Shown: piece by piece, positions 57,664 through 64,000 of the stretch | How the letters are laid out: each line of letters opens with the position of its first letter | How positions within the stretch are numbered: position 1 is the first letter of the stretch | Virus record (IMG/VR): IMGVR_UViG_3300020200_001050 | Coordinates: 2,381 to 66,380 of that record | Strand: one strand, 5' to 3' | Origin: a virus | Length of the DNA stretch: 64,000 bases | The notes under the pieces: model-generated | What the model saw: the letters and a program-made list of their open reading frames with translations, nothing else | Database searches by the model: none | Told to the model about the DNA's origin: nothing | Position numbers and translations under genes: made by a program

Positions 57664-58438
57664 CTTTAGGTCTGTTGGGGTCATCCATCAAATACCCTGT
57701 TTTACTACAGTATTTCTTAGTGGGGTCAAACCGATCATAGTTGAATAGGTGCCAGTTAGGTTCGCCTGGGCAAATGCGTTTCCCATGAAAGTAATCCCCA
57801 ATATGCGTAATCAGCGGGGTCCCATCAGACTGCTTGACTACGGCTGAACACGCACCTGGGTATTTCCACTCTAAATATTTGAAAATCATTCCTTCATTGA
57901 GATTAAACCGATAATAGTCTACGAAGGGTTCGCGCACCACCCAGCCAGGATATAGACTTGCAATTATCGAAAAGACTTCGCGAGTACGTTCAAATCGATA
58001 CGCTAACCAAGTTTCATCAGTTTCGCGAAGTAATCGAGGATCATCCCAGGTATACCATGGTTGTCGCTTGAGCACCGTTTGAACTATCGAGGCATCGGAT
58101 TCTATCAACCCAATCAAGTCATCAATCTTGACGGGCTGAGTAATGACAACATCATCTTCTTGATGCCAAATATAATCATATTGTCGATCTCGAATAAGAT
58201 TGAAAAACTCAGTCCATGTCACCGATAATCCCCTATTTTCTTCATGAAGAATAATCTCTGTGTAGCCATAGGTTTCTACCAACAGACGCACAAGATGATT
58301 ATTGCGCCCCTGTGGATAGTCATCAAAGAAAATTTTGTGAACGGTATGTGATCCAAAATCTAAATGTGACTGGGCTTCCAGAGTTTGCGTGAGATATTCA
58401 ATCCGATTTGTGGAAAAGATTACTTGACAAATTTTCAT
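57659..58438 (-). CDS. GT-A glycosyltransferase (GT2-like)
   Basis: STNR.EYL..TL, FDD, N.GL, YIWHQEDD, HIG. Confidence 0.75.
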   Translation of the reverse strand: MKICQVIFSTNRIEYLTQTLEAQSHLDFGSHTVHKIFFDDYPQGRNNHLVRLLVETYGYTEIILHEENRGLSVTWTEFFNLIRDRQYDYIWHQEDDVVITQPVKIDDLIGLIESDASIVQTVLKRQPWYTWDDPRLLRETDETWLAYRFERTREVFSIIASLYPGWVVREPFVDYYRFNLNEGMIFKYLEWKYPGACSAVVKQSDGTPLITHIGDYFHGKRICPGEPNWHLFNYDRFDPTKKYCSKTGYLMDDPNRPKV

Positions 58439-59460
58439 ACTTTCAACCACTCTGGATGAGACAAAAACCAAGTCACCACTTGATGAAGTCTTTCCGAGAC
58501 CTTCTGTTGAGGAGACCATCCTAGTGTTTGTAATCGTCCTCCATCTAACGCATAGCGTAAATCATGCCCAGGACGACTGCTATGAAAATCCACGAATTCA
58601 GCATGTAATGATTTGTTTTGAATTTTGGCAATATATTGCGCTAGTTCATAGTTGTCCCATTCTTCTGGACCTACGAGATTGTATTTGGGACACAAACACA
58701 CACCATTCCCAACTAAGTGTTCAGCAGGTTGTGTTAAGAGAAAATACAATCCATCTGCTACATCAGAAGCATGAATATAATGTCTTGATCCCGCTTTGGT
58801 TTTAGTCGCATTAGCATGAATAGAGATCTTTTCTCCTGTTGCTATTCGACGAATACACAACGGAATAAACTTTTCTGGATGCTGACGCTCTCCAAAGACA
58901 TTCATCGTGTGAGTGACTAGAATCGGCATTTTGTAAGTGTTATGAAATGCAACTGCTAATTCTTCTCCCCCAGCTTTGGACGCAGAATACGGATTAGTGG
59001 AGTTATATCGATCATATTCTTGATACTTAATGTTCGCTGGGGCAGGACCAAAAATTTCATCGGTGGAAAAATACACTAGACGTTCTAATTGTGATAATGA
59101 TCGAGCCCATTGAAGCAAATTGCCTGTGCCCACGACATTATCCATAACGAATTCCATTGGATATTCAATAGATCGATCTACATGACTTCCTGCAGCCAAA
59201 TGCAACACATAATTGACATGAGGCCCAATCATCTTAGCAGTTAAAGGAGAAATCTCAGATTTCAAGTCATGCCACACAATCCTCACTCGTTGACGAACTT
59301 CTGGCGATACTGTAATTAACACATCCGCTAGACGATTCAAATTACCTGAAAAATCTAAACGATCTAGACAGATGAGATTCCAGTTGGTTTTTTCTAAGAG
59401 ATAGACTATTACATGATGCGCAATAAATCCTGCTCCACCAGTTATTAGAACTGTTTTCAT
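58435..59460 (-). CDS. rmlB: NDP-glucose 4,6-dehydratase (RmlB-like)
   Basis: TGGAGFI, AAGSHVDRS, STDE, YSASK, RPGHDLRY. Confidence 0.9.
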   Translation of the reverse strand: MKTVLITGGAGFIAHHVIVYLLEKTNWNLICLDRLDFSGNLNRLADVLITVSPEVRQRVRIVWHDLKSEISPLTAKMIGPHVNYVLHLAAGSHVDRSIEYPMEFVMDNVVGTGNLLQWARSLSQLERLVYFSTDEIFGPAPANIKYQEYDRYNSTNPYSASKAGGEELAVAFHNTYKMPILVTHTMNVFGERQHPEKFIPLCIRRIATGEKISIHANATKTKAGSRHYIHASDVADGLYFLLTQPAEHLVGNGVCLCPKYNLVGPEEWDNYELAQYIAKIQNKSLHAEFVDFHSSRPGHDLRYALDGGRLQTLGWSPQQKVSERLHQVVTWFLSHPEWLKV

Positions 59461-59462
59461 AA

Positions 59463-60011
59463 TTACCACTCCGCATTAAAAAAGAATAATTGAAAGAGTC
59501 GCCCATCATTCTTAGTAGCACCAAAATAATCAAGTGACATATGAAACAAATTGCCTCGATAAAGTGCAAGTCGATTATACCGATTGCTGATGACATCACA
59601 CAAGTCCCACTTTGTCATATCTTGGGCTTCATAATCCGTCGTCACATATTCATATTGCCCTGATACTTTATGACGAAATAAACCAGTCCCCGCAGTGTGC
59701 GGAGCGTTGGGTGTCAAATAACACACGCCTGCCCAGTTATTGAAATGATCACTATGAATCCAGCTGCGGTCAGCGGCGGTCGTATATTGAAAAGAACCAG
59801 TAAACCCGTCTTGCGCGAACCACTCAGTTACTTGCCCTCCATGTTGACGGATAATGTGTTGAATCGTCTCTTTGACATCCTCTGTTAAAAAGGATTTGGT
59901 ACGAACTCCAGGATAATTGCCTCTGATCTCAAACGCTTGATTGAGCGCGAATTCGCGGACCGCATCAGGATTTGTATAGAAGTCATCCACGATAATCACA
60001 TTGGTTCGCAT
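59463..60011 (-). CDS. DUF6445-like 2OG-Fe(II) oxygenase
   Basis: VDDFY.NP, YPG.R, WIHSD, GT.LF, YNRL..Y...FH, R.FQ.FF. Confidence 0.8.
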   Translation of the reverse strand: MRTNVIIVDDFYTNPDAVREFALNQAFEIRGNYPGVRTKSFLTEDVKETIQHIIRQHGGQVTEWFAQDGFTGSFQYTTAADRSWIHSDHFNNWAGVCYLTPNAPHTAGTGLFRHKVSGQYEYVTTDYEAQDMTKWDLCDVISNRYNRLALYRGNLFHMSLDYFGATKNDGRLFQLFFFNAEW

Positions 60012-60021
60012 AGCATCCTCC

Positions 60022-60783
60022 TCAATACAGCAAGAATCTCCCATCAGGGCTTTGCCATCCCAACACCTGAACCGGCAGCGTCACAATCGATGCGCGATAA
60101 TCGTTCAATAAAAAATACAACAGCGTTTCTATGTCATAATGTATCATTGAGGGATGTTTTAGTATACTGGCCATGCCTTGATATAACTGCGTAAACGTGG
60201 GCAAATGATGTTTGCCATATCCATAGAACACACTACAATACTGGTTTAATCTATTATGCCCTTCTTTGTGACGCAAATCAACTTTATCATATCCCCAGGT
60301 TGAATTCCATTCAAATGATAGGGGCATTTTGAAAAAGATTTGATTCAGACGATCTTCAGTAAAGACATTTGCATGATATGCGGATGTCAAAAGATACCGT
60401 CCACTCATTTTGAATAAGAAGTCATACTGCTGAAGTTCTTGGTGATAGGCAACCAAAAAGTTTCGTAGCATCAACGATTCTCCTAAACTTTTATTTGGAT
60501 GCCGACGAATCAATTCATACTCAGCGGGAGTCGTCAAATCGCGAATCGGCACAAATATACAGCGAGGAAAGAAACGTGGAAGTTCAGTCGCATAGCGAAT
60601 ATACTGCTCACTCGCATCCACAACATAAATGGTTGCGGTCGGATTATGACAGATGAGATTGTTGATAGTTGCGATAGTTTGTCGATAGCGTTCCGCAGTA
60701 GAAAAATAAGATCGTGTTTGCGCGTAAGAAAGTGGTGCGGTATCAATCTCTATACAGGAACTAATATACACTGCGTTGCTCAT
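60022..60783 (-). CDS. Hypothetical protein, glycan-cluster associated (GT-like)
   Basis: ER..QT..TI, NKSLGE, FKMSGRY, DIE. Confidence 0.6.
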   Translation of the reverse strand: MSNAVYISSCIEIDTAPLSYAQTRSYFSTAERYRQTIATINNLICHNPTATIYVVDASEQYIRYATELPRFFPRCIFVPIRDLTTPAEYELIRRHPNKSLGESLMLRNFLVAYHQELQQYDFLFKMSGRYLLTSAYHANVFTEDRLNQIFFKMPLSFEWNSTWGYDKVDLRHKEGHNRLNQYCSVFYGYGKHHLPTFTQLYQGMASILKHPSMIHYDIETLLYFLLNDYRASIVTLPVQVLGWQSPDGRFLLY

Positions 60784-61850
60784 GCGTAAAAATCCTGTCG
60801 TAAGATGCGTTGAAAATACACATCAAATTGAGGATGCACCACGTCATCCGTATAATACGTCGTTGCATGAGTGAGACAGGTGTGGGAATCAATACGATCT
60901 AGTGATTCAAGAGCGGTGACAAATGATCGAAAATCTTTACAGCGATAGCCTGTAATACCATGTAAATTTGTTTCAGCAAATCCTCCCCAATCCGTCGTAA
61001 TGGCGGGAGTGCCGGAGAGTTGGGCTTCGACAACAATATTGCCAAATGGTTCTAGATAATACGTGGGTGCCATTAAGGCTTTCGCGCGTGACAATAATTG
61101 TTTGCGCTGAGTGGGATTGACATACCCCACACATTCAACATGTTTTGGAGTATTAGGATAATTAAGATGTATTAAAGATCCAGGACCTGCAATCACTAAT
61201 CGCTGCCCTGTGCGTTCTGTTGCTTGAATGCAAATATCCACACCCTTATCTCGCGTCACTCGTCCTAGATATAAAATATAATCTTCTTTCTCTGCTCCAC
61301 TGCGATACTCAAACTCACTGGGTGTAAATGCATTGGGGATCACAGTATCAGTCCACGACGGTGAACACAACATCTGCCGCTGCCCATAATAATAGTGCAT
61401 TTGCGAGTAGGACGTGAATGCGCGATAGGGTGCAAACACACACTCAGTGCGATAACCAATAGAAGGTTCCACAACAAAGACATTTGGGTGCGCAGCAACA
61501 GCAGCTTGTTGCGTGTTGCCCCAAAACACAAGCACCAAATCATTCGGATGTTTGCGTTGCCCAATTGCATCTGAGGCGCGGCGATTGAATAGTGTGGCCA
61601 GTTTGTCATCATGCAAAAACATTTGATGTTCATTTGGTGGTGGCAATTCGTGATTGTAGATGGTAGTAATATTCTCACAGGATACAACAGATGATTCATG
61701 CCCGTAATGATAGACATGATATCCATAGGATTGCAGATATGTAATGAGTTTTGAAATAGCAACATTGAACGGATCAATGCGATATCGCAGATCCGTGATA
61801 CCATAGGGATTTGAGAGAATATGTACGGTCACAGGAGTCATCATATACAC
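60780..61850 (-). CDS. GT-B glycosyltransferase (GT4-like)
   Basis: YLGR...KG, EPFG...EA..SGTP.I.TD.G. Confidence 0.9.
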   Translation of the reverse strand: MYMMTPVTVHILSNPYGITDLRYRIDPFNVAISKLITYLQSYGYHVYHYGHESSVVSCENITTIYNHELPPPNEHQMFLHDDKLATLFNRRASDAIGQRKHPNDLVLVFWGNTQQAAVAAHPNVFVVEPSIGYRTECVFAPYRAFTSYSQMHYYYGQRQMLCSPSWTDTVIPNAFTPSEFEYRSGAEKEDYILYLGRVTRDKGVDICIQATERTGQRLVIAGPGSLIHLNYPNTPKHVECVGYVNPTQRKQLLSRAKALMAPTYYLEPFGNIVVEAQLSGTPAITTDWGGFAETNLHGITGYRCKDFRSFVTALESLDRIDSHTCLTHATTYYTDDVVHPQFDVYFQRILRQDFYA

Positions 61851-61935
61851 ATCATCACATGAGGGGAACGAGTTTATTTATTCTACTTGTTGTACTGTAT
61901 ACCAGGCATTATGGTAATGTCATGAACAATCGTGC

Positions 61936-62328
61936 CTACTCTTCTCGTTTAGTCCAGCGAGTTTTTACGGATTGAATATGCGAATAAAATGGCTCAATCT
62001 TGGGTGTCTCGTCTCGATCCATTGCATGCCAAATCGTATCCAGTTGATCCCCAATAGAGCCATAGTCTTTTCGACGCAGATCGCGAATAACACGATCAAT
62101 CACTTCGTCGTTAATTGTCAACCCCCACTCCTGACAATAGGTGAAATCAAATCCAGACGGCACTGTTGGTTGCATCGTCAGCGCAGCATGATCAGTATCT
62201 GAGAGAACCAGAAAGGCGGAGCAATCTGGTTTTTGTGCGATAATCACACTGGTGGGATGCGCAATGGGTTCTTGCGGTGTTCCCCAATAAGATACAAAAT
62301 TACTCGCCAACAATTGATAGAGCTTCAT
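61936..62328 (-). CDS. Hypothetical protein, C-terminus resembles tail-fibre assembly proteins
   Basis: RRKDYGSIGDQLD.IWH...FY.HI..VK. Confidence 0.55.
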   Translation of the reverse strand: MKLYQLLASNFVSYWGTPQEPIAHPTSVIIAQKPDCSAFLVLSDTDHAALTMQPTVPSGFDFTYCQEWGLTINDEVIDRVIRDLRRKDYGSIGDQLDTIWHAMDRDETPKIEPFYSHIQSVKTRWTKREE

Positions 62329-62947
62329 GAGAGTTCTCCTGTGCAATTAGCGAAGTTACAGAAGCTGCATTTTCTAACAATAACTGTACTTCCTGCGATT
62401 CAATCAACGGGGGCTGTGCCGCAGGAATAAAGCCCAGCGCTTTGACGGCTTGAAATGTCGTCGGGTTACTCATCGCATTGCGGATCGTGGCGGGGTTCGG
62501 GCGTCCCTGCGCGATGATTTCTGATTGCAAATCCCGAATCATCTTGACCGTAAACTCCTGCACCGCATTGACTTCAAACATTTGTTCATCGGTATATCCG
62601 GCAATGCGCGTCGGTTCCGCATATTCATAACACTCATCAAGCAGCCGTTTGAGACACTCAATCTCCTGCCGATTTAATTCAAACGCCTCTTCCGTAATGA
62701 CGTTGTGCGATTCCAGTTCCACCAGCTCGGCTTCTTTCGTGGTAATCTGGTGCTTCGGTGCCCCAGTGGCTTTCATATGGTCGATCTCTTCATACATGGC
62801 ACGCGTTTTCAAGGCCCCCACTTCTTGTAACGCCGCTGCACGAATGCGCCCCTCCAGAAATCCCTTGAGCGTTTTGATCTTCTCCCATGGGGTTTCCCCA
62901 ATCACCATATACCGATAATTAAATTCACTGTTCAATTTTGATGGCAT
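62300..62947 (-). CDS. Hypothetical coiled-coil protein downstream of the fibre gene
   Basis: GGAGG SD; late promoter directly upstream. Confidence 0.65.
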   Translation of the reverse strand: MPSKLNSEFNYRYMVIGETPWEKIKTLKGFLEGRIRAAALQEVGALKTRAMYEEIDHMKATGAPKHQITTKEAELVELESHNVITEEAFELNRQEIECLKRLLDECYEYAEPTRIAGYTDEQMFEVNAVQEFTVKMIRDLQSEIIAQGRPNPATIRNAMSNPTTFQAVKALGFIPAAQPPLIESQEVQLLLENAASVTSLIAQENSHEALSIVGE

Positions 62948-62966
62948 TGTGTAAGTTCCTCCATAA

Positions 62967-62974
62967 TATTTATA
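62967..62974 (-). promoter_or_regulatory. T4-type late promoter TATAAATA
   Basis: Exact consensus overlapping the fibre-gene stop codon. Confidence 0.7.
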
Positions 62975-64000
62975 CCGTTAATGAAAATCCCGCTGCCGCA
63001 AGAATGCGTCGTGCCGACCCCGCCCCAGTGGTGTCTGTTGCCACTACACCCGTATTGGAAACCAGATTGGTCATCGAAACGTTTGTTGAGGTGTATCCAT
63101 ACCCAAAGATGGCTTTATCGGTGCCATAGCCTGCCGCAGCAAGATAGTATCGTGCCGACCCCACCCCCGTAACATCAGACCCCACGACGCCCTGGTTGGT
63201 GACCAAATTGGTCATGGAGAGGACTGTTGATCCATTGTGTCCATATCCAAAGATGGCTTTGTCGGTGCCATAGCCCGCCGCTGCAAGACTGTGTCGTGCT
63301 GTGCCGACGCCCGTGACATCGGACCCCACGACACCCTGGTTGGTCACCAGATTGGTCATCGAGACGACTGATCCTCCTTCTCCATATCCAAAAATCGCTT
63401 TATCGGTGCCATAGCCCGCTGCAGCAAGAAAGGCCCGCGCTGTCCCCACCCCAGTGACATCAGACCCCACGACACCCTGGTTGGTCACCAGATTGGTCAT
63501 CGAGACGTATGATGGTGTGTATCCATACCCAAAGATGGCTTTATCCGTGCCATAGCCCGCCGCTGCAAGCCAACGTCGTGCCGTCCCCACCCCAGTGACA
63601 TCAGACCCCACGACACCCTGGTTGGTCACCAGATTGGTCATCGAGACGTATGATCCAGTGTACCCATACCCAAAGATCGCTTTATCCGTGCCATAGCCTG
63701 CCGCAGCAAGACTGTCTCGTGTCGTCCCCACGCCAGTGGTATCGGCTGCCACCACACCGGCAGCAGAGACGAGATTGGTCACGGAGACGTATGATCCAGT
63801 GATCCCATACCCAAAGATGGCTCGTTGTGTATTGCTTTGCCCAGGTCCTGTGGGGTCTAATCGCCAGTAGGTGCCATCCCAAACTTCAGTTCCTTGTAAA
63901 GATGTATTATAACCCATTTGATAATTAGATGGTGACGATGGACGAGTCGCGGTGGTCCATGTCGCTAATGTCAAAGTCGGAGCAGTAATCGTAGCACTAG
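62970..64000 (-). CDS. Tail-fibre/receptor-binding-like protein with six 47-aa kelch-like propeller repeats (5' end beyond window)
   Basis: Frame is open to the edge; WTTATRP..P....GYNT....EVWDG..W fibre-type motif, then six AIFGYG...TNLV...GVV..D.TG.G..R..LAAAG repeats. Confidence 0.75.
   Translation of the reverse strand, partial: SATITAPTLTLATWTTATRPSSPSNYQMGYNTSLQGTEVWDGTYWRLDPTGPGQSNTQRAIFGYGITGSYVSVTNLVSAAGVVAADTTGVGTTRDSLAAAGYGTDKAIFGYGYTGSYVSMTNLVTNQGVVGSDVTGVGTARRWLAAAGYGTDKAIFGYGYTPSYVSMTNLVTNQGVVGSDVTGVGTARAFLAAAGYGTDKAIFGYGEGGSVVSMTNLVTNQGVVGSDVTGVGTARHSLAAAGYGTDKAIFGYGHNGSTVLSMTNLVTNQGVVGSDVTGVGSARYYLAAAGYGTDKAIFGYGYTSTNVSMTNLVSNTGVVATDTTGAGSARRILAAAGFSLTV
62985..63822. repeat. 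141-bp tandem repeat, 6 copies (one with a 3-bp insertion)
   Basis: Recurrent gattggtca, ccata.ccaaa and gcaag anchors at about 141-bp spacing. Confidence 0.92.

Noticed and set aside
61340-61804. 154-aa alternative-frame ORF inside the GT4 gene
   Set aside because: Fully nested in a motif-bearing gene; no recognisable features.
62985-63822. CRISPR-like array
   Set aside because: Units are in-frame 141-bp coding repeats with synonymous variation, not repeat-spacer units.
1-64000. Stop-codon reassignment, introns or inteins
   Set aside because: Core genes (gp17, gp43, gp41, nrdA, nrdB, gp23) are uninterrupted and of normal length; TAA, TAG and TGA all end genes.
1-64000. Assignment as a cyanophage
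   Set aside because: Synteny is cyanomyophage-like, but no psbA, hli or other cyanobacterial genes occur in the window; the host is unresolved.

Overview
The whole window is one contiguous piece of a large T4-like myophage genome, with essentially every gene on the minus strand. In transcription order (high to low coordinates) it reads: a tail-fibre/beta-propeller repeat gene (cut by the window edge), a glycan/oxygenase cluster, the neck-terminase-tail-head module (gp13-gp23, gp3), the recombination/replication module (uvsY, uvsW, gp55, gp47, gp46, gp45, gp44, gp62, regA, hsp20, gp43, uvsX, gp41), an accessory region, then gp61, thyX, nrdA, nrdB, dps, an endonuclease, small genes, tRNA-Thr(UGU) and a DenV-like glycosylase. 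The accessory region holds an outer-membrane-like protein, an oxygenase, a DNA methyltransferase, a ligase-like protein, a second glycan cluster, a nucleotidyltransferase-kinase fusion and putative head-internal proteins. Gene order matches the cyanomyophage/pelagiphage-type T4 branch, but no photosynthesis genes are present. The strongest leads are: (1) six 141-bp propeller repeats whose hypervariable codons vary at positions 1-2 with a fixed third base, a DGR-like signature; (2) a candidate virion-packaged enzyme set (KxDG ligase-like protein plus an HxGH nucleotidyltransferase/P-loop kinase polyprotein with prohead-protease-type linkers); (3) an internally duplicated outer-membrane-like protein; (4) a ROSE-type RNA thermometer before hsp20 and a three-way-junction RNA after it; (5) small ORFs below the ORF track cut-off, including an ArfA-like protein and a 27-aa peptide between the tRNA and an oxygenase. 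All calls come from motif reading and recalled family knowledge; no database searches were run.
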